Assembly (NCBI GenBank): GCA_963811285.1
Contig: CAWEQV010000014.1
Span: 92,879-156,878 of the forward strand
Direction of reading: 5' to 3'
Origin: an uncultured Chitinophagaceae bacterium
Lineage (GTDB): Bacteria; Bacteroidota; Bacteroidia; Chitinophagales; Chitinophagaceae
Length of the DNA: 64,000 nt
Within the stretch, counting starts at the first letter, position 1, and every line of letters starts with the position of its first letter. Position numbers and translations under genes: made by a program. Under the pieces are notes generated by a model. That model searched no databases, was not told the DNA's origin, and saw nothing but the letters and a program-made list of their open reading frames with translations. Below, piece after piece: positions 10,491-21,100 of this stretch.

Positions 10491-10745
10491 ATGAAGTATT
10501 TTCGCCCCCTTTCCGAATCTATGATTCAAAAATTAAAACAATGCCGCCAGGTTGAACTGGATGCAAAAAATGAGAAGCCTTATACGATGGAAGATATGAG
10601 CTATGCTGTGGCGCCATTATTTAAAAGAGGGTTGATAGAAGTAAGAAAACAACTGGTAGATAGTAAAGTTTTACATTGTATTCATCTTACAAAGGATGGC
10701 ATTGAATATTTGGAAAAATTAAAGCCGATGGAAAAACATTCTTAG
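10491..10745 (+). CDS. Small hypothetical protein, possible winged-helix
   Basis: LFKRGLIEVRK...IHLTKDGIEYL resembles the MarR-like wing. Confidence 0.55.
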   Translation: MKYFRPLSESMIQKLKQCRQVELDAKNEKPYTMEDMSYAVAPLFKRGLIEVRKQLVDSKVLHCIHLTKDGIEYLEKLKPMEKHS

Positions 10746-10798
10746 GTATTCAAAAAGTTTTGCCCAAAAGACCTAAAGCGGATTTAAAAACGGTTTAG

Positions 10799-12628
10799 TT
10801 ATTGCTCCGCACTCACTTCAGGAAGTGAAAAATGAAAAACAGATCCCTTTCCCAATTTACTTTCGGCCCAAATTTTACCTCCATGGCTTTTAATTATTTC
10901 TGAAGAAATAAATAAGCCTACTCCTGAACCCGAAAAAGAACTGGCTGATCCGCTTACCCGAAAAAAACGCTGGAAGATATTCTCAATATCTTTTTTAGGA
11001 ATTCCTATTCCTTTGTCTGCCACATTTACTGTGATGGTTCGCTTTTTAATAGATGCATCCAGAATAATATCGCCCGGCAAACGGCTGTATTTGATGGCGT
11101 TGGAAATAATATTAATGAGCACCTGTTCAATCTTTCCCCTGTCAGCATACACCATCAATTTCGCTCCTCTACTATTATAAATTATTTTGTGGCTTTTGGT
11201 TGTATGCTGCAGATTATTTCTCACTTCGTCAAGTAATTCATCCAAATCAAAATTGGTTCGATTCAAAGCCAACTTGCCAGCCTGTATTTTGGAAACATCA
11301 AGAAGATTCCCGACAAGTTCTGATAATTTATCTACCTGCCTTACAGCTTTTTCAATAAAAATTGCATTCTGATCATCCTTCATTAATTCCTGTAATAACT
11401 GCAGGTTGGCCATTATCACAGTAAGGGGTGTTTTTAATTCATGGCTTGCCATTACCATAAATTCATCCTTATACTTATTTAATTCCTGCAATCGTTCTGT
11501 ATACAAAGCCTGCTGCCTTTCAGCCTCTATTCTTAAAGAAATATCCCGCGCTACTTTTGAAGCGCCGATAATTTTCCCGCGTGTGTTTTTTATTGGTGAT
11601 ACAGTTATAGAAAGATGCCTGTTGGTTCCGTCTTTTGCTACCCTTACTGTTTCAAAATGATCTATTTTTTCTCCACGCCTGATAGCTCCAATGATCCTTG
11701 TTTCTTCATCCAGACGGTCTTTCGGGATGATGAGTGAAATATGTTTCCCGATAGCTTCTTTCTCGGTATATCCAAACATCTTGTGCGCGGATTCGTTCCA
11801 ACTGGTAATAATACCTTGTAATGTTTTACTTATAATTGCATCGTCTGACGAACTTACAATCGCAGCCAACCGTGCCTGCTTTTCCTCGTCATGCTCGTTG
11901 AAAGAAATATCTCTTGCTATTTTGGAAGCCCCAATCACTTCGCCATTTTTATTTTTTATAGGTGAAATTGTTAAAGATACAAATTTCTCAGTTCCATCTT
12001 TTGCGATCCTGACCGTTTCGAAATGTTCAATTTTCTGGCCTTTATGCAGATTCTCAATAATAAGATCTTCTTCCACCAGGCAATCTTTTGGTATTATCAA
12101 CGAAATATGTTGACCGATCGCCTCTTCTTCTGTATAACCAAACAATTTGGTGGCTGCGGGGTTCCAACTGGTAATAATGCCACTAAGCGTTTTACTGATG
12201 ATAGCATCGTCTGTTGAATCAACAATGGCAGCAAGCCTCGCCTGCTTTTCGTCTACTTCCTTTTGCAGAGAAATATCATAGGCAATTTTTGAAATGCCAA
12301 TCACACTGCCGGTATTATCAAACATGGGGAAGTCGAAAAAAGAAATAAATATTTGTTTTCCAGCTTTTGTCTTACATGGAATTTCATAATGCTCAGTATT
12401 TCCGGCTTTTACTTTTTCCAAAAATTCAGTTTCTTTTTTGAAATTCTGTTTCGAAAAAAGGAAAGAAATATTTTGACCAACTGCTTCAATAGCGGGATAG
12501 CCAAAAATATTTTCAGCAACATTATTCCAGACAAATATGGTTCCGTCAGATTTAAGACCGATAGTTACATCATTTGAATAAGAATTGTTCTCCTTGTCTG
12601 TGAAATCCCCGGATCTTTCAAGTTTCAT
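10799..12628 (-). CDS. Triple-PAS cytoplasmic sensor histidine kinase
   Basis: PAS repeats (LAAIV.S.DDAIISKTL.GIITSWN twice), H-box MASHELKTPL, NAIKYS, DKGIGI, GSGVGL. Confidence 0.93.
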   Translation of the reverse strand: MKLERSGDFTDKENNSYSNDVTIGLKSDGTIFVWNNVAENIFGYPAIEAVGQNISFLFSKQNFKKETEFLEKVKAGNTEHYEIPCKTKAGKQIFISFFDFPMFDNTGSVIGISKIAYDISLQKEVDEKQARLAAIVDSTDDAIISKTLSGIITSWNPAATKLFGYTEEEAIGQHISLIIPKDCLVEEDLIIENLHKGQKIEHFETVRIAKDGTEKFVSLTISPIKNKNGEVIGASKIARDISFNEHDEEKQARLAAIVSSSDDAIISKTLQGIITSWNESAHKMFGYTEKEAIGKHISLIIPKDRLDEETRIIGAIRRGEKIDHFETVRVAKDGTNRHLSITVSPIKNTRGKIIGASKVARDISLRIEAERQQALYTERLQELNKYKDEFMVMASHELKTPLTVIMANLQLLQELMKDDQNAIFIEKAVRQVDKLSELVGNLLDVSKIQAGKLALNRTNFDLDELLDEVRNNLQHTTKSHKIIYNSRGAKLMVYADRGKIEQVLINIISNAIKYSRLPGDIILDASIKKRTITVNVADKGIGIPKKDIENIFQRFFRVSGSASSFSGSGVGLFISSEIIKSHGGKIWAESKLGKGSVFHFSLPEVSAEQ

Positions 12629-12771
12629 GCGTTAAATTTATATATTTATAAAGTAAACAAAAAACGGACTTGTTAAAGTTTGTCATAATGCCCGCGTTAT
12701 ACAAGAAAGAAATATGCCATTAATAACCAGGCAATCGATAAAATTCAAATTTTTTTCTTCCAAATTGAAAA

Positions 12772-13919
12772 GCTGTGTTCAAGTGATAAGTGCAACAGTG
12801 CTACCTTTAAGTTGTGAAAATACTTCATTAGCAGATAAGTATTTAAATTTTCTAATTGGCCGGTTATTTATTTCATCTTCAACGCGTTTAACTTCTCGAA
12901 CAGTGACAGAATTAAAGTCGGTTTTTTTAGGAAAGAATCTTCGTATAACTCCATTTCTATTTTCAATGGTTCCTTTATCCTGAGAAGTATAAGGTTTTGT
13001 AAAATAAGTATCGGCCTTAAGTTCCTTAGCTATAAGTTGATGTAAAGAAAAGGCGGGGTCATTATCAAAAGTGATGGTTTTTATGGGGAGTCCCCTGAAC
13101 CTGCTGATGATTGTATGAGCTATCACGCCTGGATTTTTTCCTACAAGTTTATCAATAGTAGTTTTTAAGGTAGCGCGGTCAACGGTGACCAGGAGCGCTG
13201 ATTTGTGCGCCTTTCCCATGATAAGGTCTACTTCAAGGTCACCAAATCGCTTTCGTTGTTCTACAATTTTAGGTCGTTGATCAATGGGCACCCGGTTAGG
13301 CAATCAGGCCTCGTGAATCTTTATAGTTTCCCCGCTTTCGCCGACGCTTCCGGTGTTTGAGCAGCTTATGAAGATTTTTAAACGGTTTGTTCTTTCGTTT
13401 TTGACTGTGCTTGCGATTCCCAGATAAATTTGTAGATCGTTTCATAGCTGACTCCTTTGGTTTGATTTTTTACCCATTGAGCGGCCACCAATTCAGGGCT
13501 ATAGCATTTAACTGTCATCCAGTGTTTTGCTTGCAGTTTAAGTTCATCGGTAAAACGAACTTCTTTAAACTTTGCTTTATGCCGTTGCCTGGTTTTTTCA
13601 TCTGCCTTGCCGGGCAACATATCGAAAGGCATTGATGCCGCTGTTGCAAATATTTCGTTTGAATTCTCTGCTAATAGTACTGCGGTGAACACCAATAGCT
13701 GAAGCGATTTGGATTTGAGTCATTCCGGTATTTTTAAGCGCTTCAATCTTGTACCTTTGCTCCAGGGAGAGCTGATTATATTTCTTTGTCATGTTGTAAT
13801 AACAAAGGTAGTTTTTCGGCTCTACCCGTTCGGGGCTTCGTTACGCTTCGGCTACGCCTTCGCTTCACTTCGCCCCGAACGGGTAATATCTCCTGTTGCA
13901 CTTATGAGTTGAACTTACA
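12772..13919 (-). mobile_element. IS30-family insertion sequence, IS4351-like, about 1.15 kb
   Basis: Terminal IR cores GTTCAAGTGATAAGTGCAACAG (12777-12798) and the reverse complement of 13893-13914, GTTCAACTCATAAGTGCAACAG, match at 19/22. AAA on both flanks is a possible 3-bp target duplication. Exact outer ends are uncertain by a few bases. Confidence 0.85.
12779..13792 (-). pseudogene. IS30-family transposase with three or more frameshifts
   Basis: N-terminal HTH (YNQLSLEQRYKI...HRSTISREFKRN), SPELVA, VSYETIY, FGDLEVDLIMG, TITFDND, KGTIENRNGVIRRFFPK, NNRPIRK. Confidence 0.88.
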
Positions 13920-14215
13920 AAATAAGAATCCTGCTTATTTCTTTGTTTACCTGATAATGCAATTTTCATATTTATCCTTTATTCTCTTTGCCTTTTCTTT
14001 TTCTCTTTTACGTTCTTCGATCTCAGATTCTGAAACACGACCGGTTTCATCTTCTGTTCTTTCAAAATCACGATTTGACGGATTATAATTTTTCAGTCCT
14101 TTATCTGTTGGTTTCCTGTCTTTATTGTTTCCATAATAATATTTTTTTTACACCAATTTCAATTATCGTAGCATTGAAAACAATTTTTGACTGCCCCAAG
14201 TAAAATTCAGATGAA

Positions 14216-15324
14216 TTATTTTTCTTCTCCCTTTTTTATAGTTTTGCTTCTAAACAAATGTTTGAATTTAAGAAAGATATTTTCTTTTGTATGTGAGTGC
14301 CGTCCCAGTAAATAACCATAAGGGCGTAATTCTTCAACATTGTCAAATACGATTTTAGCCATCCCGGTAAGGGGAATGGCGATTACCATTCCTCCCAGTC
14401 CCCAAATCATTTCCCCAAGAATCAACACAACGATAGCTATTAACGGATTAATATCTACTTCTCCACCCAACAATGAAGGCTGTATAACATAAAACTGGGT
14501 AAATTGGATGATTACATAAACAATAAGAACGGTTAATATCATTGCGCCGCTTCCACCTTGTGATATCACCATTAAAACCGTAAGCGTAATACCTGTAATA
14601 CTTCCAACAAATGGTATCACTTCCAGTAAACCACAAAGGCTGGCAAAAAAAACGGGATTTTTTACCCCAATAATTGAAAAGGAAATACTGTATAAAACCC
14701 ATAATAAAGTTACCAGCAATCCAAATCCAAAAAGATAATGTTGTGTGGCTTTACTTGATGCTGAAATAATATTTTCAGTTTTTTCTTTCTGATCATCAGG
14801 GATAAGTTTCAGGATAAAAATCTTTAAGTGCCTTCTTGAATAAAAGCAACATAAAAATATAAACCAGCATGATGATAAAATTGGTCAATAAAGAAAATAA
14901 GAGAGCCCATAAAGAACTGATCATGCTGCTCAAACCGTCGGAGTTTTTTCCCTTTATAATTTCTTCCTGGCTGGATGGAGTAATGCCAAACGATTGGTAA
15001 AGAAACATTTCCAATTGATGGAGCTTACACATTACATTTCGTTGAATGGCCGATACATCCTGTGTTATGGCATTGATTTGCCAGATAAAAAAATAAATAA
15101 CCGCAGTCAGAATCGCGATTAAAAGGAGTACACAAAGGAGCGAGGCAAGTGCCCGGCCAATACCTTTTCTTTCAAACCACCTGCTTATCGGCATAAAAAG
15201 CATCGCCAAAAGCCCGGCAAGTGTAAGCGGAAGCAAGAGCGACTTTTGCATAAATTAAAATGCTGAAAGATAAAAAAATGAGCAACAGGACAAGCACCCA
15301 TTTCCCCAACAATGTTTTTTGCAT
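14216..15324 (-). CDS. AI-2E (PerM-like) family transporter, frameshifted
   Basis: LLLPLTLAGLLAMLF.P, FFASLCGLLEVIPFVG, GEMIWGLGGMVIAIPL; N-terminus MQKTLLGKWVLVLLLIF in another frame. Confidence 0.85.
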
Positions 15325-15630
15325 ACGATCAGAAGTAGAAAAATTATGCCATAAAATTATAATGTTTATTTCATTGGATTCAAAACTTTGTAAGCAAGTG
15401 AACGATAATAAGGAGAAGAATAATGACGGGTTGGTATTTTTTATTTTAATGAAAATATCCCAACTTCCATTTTCTGCTTTGCAAAAACGCTTTCATCGCA
15501 CTTTCCCAACAAATTCTTTACAATTTCTTTGTTTACTGTAAAGAATGACCGGCTTTTTTGTTAACTTACTTTGGTTCAATTGTTGTTACTGATAAAAAAA
15601 ATTTAATTCATTTTTAAAACTTTTTAAAAA

Positions 15631-15945
15631 ATGGGATTCAATCAATATCATGAACCTGCAAATGAACTTTCAGAAGAAACAAGAACACTTGCCAGCATGT
15701 TTGCATCATTAACAGAAGAAACCGAAGCGATCAACTGGTATCAGCAACGCATTTCAGTGGAGAAAGATCCGGACGCAATTGCCATAATGAAAGATGCGCA
15801 ACAGGAAGAGTTTAAACATTTTGGTATGGACCTTGAATTCCTGCTTCGAAAATTGCCCAAATGGCAAACTGTTCTCGAACCCATTTTATTTACAAGTGGA
15901 GATATTGTAAAAGAAGGGAAGAAAGGCGAAAAAGCCGCTGAATAA
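15631..15945 (+). CDS. Encapsulated-ferritin-like (EncFtn/Flp) four-helix protein
   Basis: YHEPANELSEET, EETEAINWYQQR, EEFKHFGMDLEFLLR, LFTSGDI match the EncFtn pattern (EExEAxxWYxQR / EExxH); no C-terminal LxIGSL-type targeting peptide. Confidence 0.8.
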   Translation: MGFNQYHEPANELSEETRTLASMFASLTEETEAINWYQQRISVEKDPDAIAIMKDAQQEEFKHFGMDLEFLLRKLPKWQTVLEPILFTSGDIVKEGKKGEKAAE

Positions 15946-16082
15946 ATATTTAACGAACATCTTCAGCGTTTTCATTAATAAAAAAGGTAATTACAACTGG
16001 CTTACTATTTTTAATTTAGAAAAAGGCTATCCTTTTTCAAATGTAACCAAATCACAAATGATTATTTATCTCAGACTTCAAC

Positions 16083-16111
16083 AAAAAAGCGGCCCAAAAA
16101 TGAAGCCGCTT
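16083..16111 (-). terminator. Intrinsic terminator after ssb
   Basis: Minus strand AAGCGGC-TTCATTTTTGG-GCCGCTT followed by a T run. Confidence 0.7.
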
Positions 16112-16132
16112 AACAAGTACAACGCAAATTTA

Positions 16133-16565
16133 TTAAAAGGGAAGATCGTCTGCCGGTTCTTCCATTTCTGCGGGCTGGCTAACTTTTGCATTTCCTGCTG
16201 GATGATTGATAATTACTATTTGATTGGGATCCTCCATCCTGGTTGTCACTTCTGCCTCCTAATAACTGTACTCTAAAAACATTCATTTTTAATGAGGCGG
16301 CATTCTGGTTGTCTTTATTAAGATAACCTTCCGCTTCCGGAGAACCTTCTGCATAAACCAATTGCCCTTTTTTAAGATATTGGGCAATCGCTGTTCTGTC
16401 AGTCCAATAAGCGCATTTTACCCATGTTGTTTTTTCTACGAGGTTTCCCTGTGAATCTTTATATTTTTCTGAATGGGCAACAGGGAAATTAATTACTGTT
16501 CTTCCGTTTACTTCATTGGTGGTACAATCTGTTCCCAGGTGCCCGATAATTTGTAATTTGATCAT
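16133..16565 (-). CDS. ssb: Single-stranded DNA-binding protein; frameshift near 16190
   Basis: MIKLQIIGHLG, TTWVKCAYW, YLKKGQLVYAEG; the canonical tail ...EEPADDLPF* is found in the shifted frame ending at 16133. Confidence 0.93.
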
Positions 16566-16670
16566 GATTTAAAAGTTTGTTGGTGAATGGATATGTTGTC
16601 TGCTATTTAAATTATCATACAATTCGCATGATACCAATTAATTCGAATAATTACAAACATAAACCAATTC

Positions 16671-17426
16671 CTAATTCATTTTTTTCTTTAAAGAACTTAC
16701 CTGATCCTGCAAGTTGCTTACCAAATTCACCAGTGAATCAACATCCCATCTTTGCTGTTGCGTCACCTTGTTGATGATTGCCTGTGCCTGCCACATTTCC
16801 AACACGTCAGCCGCATGAACCTGGTACGGCTGAAATGCCGGATTGTCGCTTACAAGGGTTAATTTGTTCTTATTCTTATTATTTTTCACAACACGTTTAT
16901 AAACAATTCCTTCATTTCTGCTTACTACAATATAAGCAGCATTATTTTTAATATTGTCAAGATTTTCGATTTTTTCACCTACGATAACACTACCGCTTGG
17001 AGTGGGCAACATACTGTCACCAATTATTTCAAATGCACGATAACTACCACCGGTAAGCATCGGTAATGTAAATGTATTCAGTTCATCAATGAACTCACTA
17101 TCTGCATAACCCGCAAGATAACCGGCGGCCGCTTTCACCGGAACGAAATGAATGAGATTTCTGTCGGCGCTCATCATTTTCAGTTGTCTTCTTTTGGCGA
17201 GATAGCTGCTGCCTTTTGATTCACTGAGATCCTGTAACAAAAGTTCATCCAATGAAACTTTAAAAATTTCACTTACACTTTCTAAAACATCCAGTCTTGG
17301 ATCGGCCCTTTCTTCCTCATAAGCGCCGAGAAGCGAACGTTTAATTCCTAATTTAGTGGAGAATTCTTCTTGTGTCCATCCGCGTAGTTTGCGGAGATAT
17401 TTTAGATTTTGTCCTGCTTGTGACAT
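16671..17426 (-). CDS. XRE-HTH plus S24 peptidase repressor (LexA/CI-like)
   Basis: HTH LRKLRGWTQEEFSTKLGIKRSLLGAYEEERADP; Ala-Gly cleavage site KAAAGY; catalytic GDSM Ser and VYKR Lys. Confidence 0.88.
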   Translation of the reverse strand: MSQAGQNLKYLRKLRGWTQEEFSTKLGIKRSLLGAYEEERADPRLDVLESVSEIFKVSLDELLLQDLSESKGSSYLAKRRQLKMMSADRNLIHFVPVKAAAGYLAGYADSEFIDELNTFTLPMLTGGSYRAFEIIGDSMLPTPSGSVIVGEKIENLDNIKNNAAYIVVSRNEGIVYKRVVKNNKNKNKLTLVSDNPAFQPYQVHAADVLEMWQAQAIINKVTQQQRWDVDSLVNLVSNLQDQVSSLKKKMN

Positions 17427-17432
17427 ATGGAA

Positions 17433-17468
17433 CTAATTTAATTAGGTCAAAAATACTAATTAATTTAG
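17433..17468. promoter_or_regulatory. Two CTAA-N5-TTAG operator boxes upstream of the LexA-like gene
   Basis: CTAATTTAATTAG (17433-17445) and CTAATTAATTTAG (17456-17468), inside a 17-bp inverted repeat with 16/17 match (17429-17472). Confidence 0.75.
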
Positions 17469-17560
17469 TTCCGCCAAATATTATTTTTTTTATTACTAAA
17501 GATTTTTTTTAAGAAGGGCAAAGAAATTCTCAGTAGCATTAAAACATGAGGTTTAAACGA

Positions 17561-17914
17561 TTAAATCCATTTTTCTACTACACTCAATAAATCTTTTATC
17601 TGAAAGGGTTTTTCAATAAAATCATCCGCCCCGGCTTCCCGCGCCATTTTTCCAATTCCTGGCGTAGCAGATACAATTATTACAGGTATATGACTGGTTG
17701 AATTCTGGCTTTTTAAAAATTTGCAAACTTTCAATCCATCCTGGCCACTCAACTGCCTGTCAAGTACAAACAAATCAGGAGATGTGTAATTATTTTCAAG
17801 AATAGAAGCCGCCTCACCATATACCTGGACTTCGTAACCGGCACGTTCGAATATTAATTTAAAAATATCCTGAACCCCTTCATCATCATCAGTAATAAGA
17901 ATCTTTTTCTTCAT
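17561..17914 (-). CDS. Stand-alone response-regulator receiver protein
   Basis: ILITDDD, PDLFVLD, VIIVSA, FIEKPF. Confidence 0.92.
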   Translation of the reverse strand: MKKKILITDDDEGVQDIFKLIFERAGYEVQVYGEAASILENNYTSPDLFVLDRQLSGQDGLKVCKFLKSQNSTSHIPVIIVSATPGIGKMAREAGADDFIEKPFQIKDLLSVVEKWI

Positions 17915-18178
17915 AAATCAAAATAACTTTATTTATAATATAATAAATGCAAAGAGCGTACCGTATTGGTTTTTATATTATTTTGAATCAAGACACGTTT
18001 TGGTGTGCCGGTAATTTTGGTTAAAGAATGCGTAATATTAGCGATAACTTCTGAATTGAGGAAACCTAATTTAATGCGGCTGATGCAGTAAACTAATAAA
18101 TAATCCGGATTCTTATTTGGTGAATGATACGATAATGATTAACGAACTTTTTAAATGTATAAAATACTGTGAAGGAAA

Positions 18179-21100
18179 TTACTTTAATTGATAAGGCAAA
18201 TAAAAACAAAATGTTGAACCCTTATTTGGGGCACTTTCTACCCAAATGCGTCCTTTTTGCTTTCTTACAATCTCTGTCGCAATAAATAAACCGAGTCCAA
18301 GGCCAGGGAAAGTGCTCGTTGTTTCATCTGTAACCCTGAAAAACCGTTTAAAAAGGTTTTTCTGCATTTCTTTTGAAATGCCGATACCGAAATCCTGTAC
18401 ACACACGGTAACGCCTTCTTCTGAACCTGACGTCCGGATGATAATTTTATCGGCTGAAGGAGAATATTTTATAGCGTTGGAAAGCAGGTTTACTATTACC
18501 TGCGCCGTTCTTTCTTTGTCGCCCGTAATCGGTTTTACTTCGCCTAATTCTTTCACTATCGTATGTTTCCTTGTAGTCATTTGTAAATCTTCAGCCACTT
18601 CGGTAATCAATTGATTCAAATCGTATTCCTCGTGTTTTAATATCAATTGCCCTTCGGTAATTTTAGTAACATCGAGCAAATCTTTTATCAACGATGTCAA
18701 ACGGTCGATCTGGTGATCCATCCTCAACAGCAAATCTGCAGATACATTGTCTTTCTTTTCCAGTAAAGTATCGTGCAATATCTGGGCGTACGCTTTTATG
18801 CTGGTAACAGGTGTTTTTAGTTCGTGGCTTGCAACACCGATAAACTCTTCCTTCTGCTTTTCTATCGCCCGCCGCTCGGTTATGTCACGATAATTTTTGA
18901 TGATGCCGTGGATGCTGGAATTCTGAAGAAGGTTAATGCAACCCACTTCCATTATCCGGAAAGTTCCGTCCTTGTGTTTCATGCGTAATTCGCCCTGCAC
19001 ATATTGGTAAGGTTGTTCAATACACTTTTCAAACAATTTTCTTTCAATTTCACGGTCTTCCGGATGGACAAGGGTGTCATCAAAAAGATTTTGCCCCAGC
19101 CTTTCTTTCGCAGCATATCCTAAAACCCTTTTTATAGAATCACTTTGATAAGTGATGGTTCCGTCATAATTAAAAACGGTAATCACATCAAATGAATTTT
19201 GCACCAGCGCTTTAAAACGTTCTTCATTCTCGCGCACGAGTTGCTCCTGGATTTTTCTTTCGCTGATGTCGATGTTAACTCCGGACATTTCAACCGGATT
19301 CCCTTCCCTGTCATACGTGGTGCTTGCACGGGAAAGTATCCAGTGCAACGAGTTGTCGGGCCAGTAAATCCGAAATTCTGTCGACAGTTCCTTTCGGCTT
19401 TCAATAGCTTTTTCAATGGCTTTTCTTGTTTCTGCCACATCATCCGGATGAATAAACGCCAACCAGTCTTCAAGCGTTCCTTTGAATGAGAATTCCTTAA
19501 TACCATACAATGATTCCTGCACCTTTGTCCAGTGAATTTTATTCATCCTGAAATCCCAAAGATAAGTTCCCACCGAGCCGGCAGCGAGTGCATAGTTCAA
19601 CTGTTGCCTGGTTTTCAACAACGTTTCCTGTATCATTTTTTTGCTGGTGATATCCTGTTTCGTTCCCCAGATGCTTACTACTTTATTGTTGTGTGTAATA
19701 CCGACAAGGCTGCTGAGAAAATAAAAAGTATGCCCGTCTTTTTCATAGGTCGATTCCGAATCGGTAATGCGGTAACCTGATTCTATAAAAGTGGCAAACG
19801 AAATATCATTGCGGTCATTTTGTTGCAATACCTCTTTAAGGCTTGCGCCTTCCAGTTCTTTGGCTTTTTTAAATCCATATATTTTAGCCATGGCATCGTT
19901 GCATTCTGCCACATATGCGTTTTCAAAAAAGTCTTTTATTTGTTGGTTCACTGGTTTGGTTGTAGAAACAGGTTCTTTCATTTCGAACCGCCAAATGCCT
20001 TCTGACGATTGCGAAATAAATAATTCGTACCGCTTCTTGCTTTCTTCCAAAAGTTCCTGTGCTCTTTTTTGTTCGGTAACGCGGCTGCCATAAATTGAAA
20101 GTGCGTCAGTCATGCAGGATATAGCCTGAAATGATACCATTCTTTTTCTCTTTCATCATAATACTCAAACTGGGTAAAAGTTTTCGTTTTCATTGCAGAT
20201 ATCAGGTTTTTATGGAAATCACTGTCAAGATAATTGATGAGCACTTCCCACAAATTTTTCCCAATAATATCTTTTGATTTTTTGCCCGAAAAGCTTTCTC
20301 CTTTCGGATTAATAAAACTGATATCCCATTTGTTGTCTACCGAAATAAAAATATCGCTGATGGTGTTGAGAATAGCGGTGTTTTGCTTTACCGATTCGAG
20401 CAACTTGTCTTCAGCTTGCCGCCGCTTGGTAATATCGTCAATCACCAGCAGCAGCCGGTCTTGTTGATTTTTGTTGTAACGCATCCTGAGCGCACTAAAG
20501 AGCACTACCCGTTCACCAATCACCGGAAAATCATGCTTTACCTCAAAGTTTTCAAAACTTTTATCTTTTGAAATGATGTCGAGAAGTTGGTCTTTCAGCC
20601 CGGAAATATTCCATTTTCCGTTCTTCATCTCATAGATAAAAAAACCTTCCGTTTCGGCAGGTTTTTGATGAAAGTGGTTATAAAAGGCTTTGTTGGCAGA
20701 GTTTACCCGCAAATCCGGCGTTAGCACAATTAGCGGTTCCCTGATGGTTTCCACGATGGCTTCGCGGTATTCAAAAGCTTCTTTTAATTCGCTATTACGT
20801 ATTTGTAATTCTTCATTAATGGTAGAAAGTTCTTCGTTGGTAGATTGCAATTCTTCTTTTGAAGTTTCCAGTTCTTCATTAATGCTTTGCAATTCTTCGT
20901 TGGAAGAAAGTACTTCTTCATTAGCGCTTTGCAGTTCTTCGCGCGTGGCTTCAAACTCCTCACTCATGTTGTTTACCTGCTCTTTAAACCCGCGAAGTTC
21001 AACTTCCAACATTTTTATGCGTTCGCTTTCCTGCTCTTTCTTTTTTGCAGGTGATTTGTCATCCGTTTTTATAGCCGGCAGGTTTTTCAGGTCCACCCTT

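Noticed and set aside
12779-13792. Programmed frameshifting in the IS30 transposase
   Set aside because: IS30 transposases are normally single ORFs, and three or more shifts fit assembly error or decay better.
13947-14134. Possible charged small ORF (METIKTGNQQ...EERKREK) on the minus strand next to the IS
   Set aside because: Needs an assumed frameshift to be continuous and has no recognisable family.
15260-15541. 93-aa plus-strand ORF
   Set aside because: Overlaps the true 5' end of the AI-2E gene on the opposite strand; no recognisable motif.
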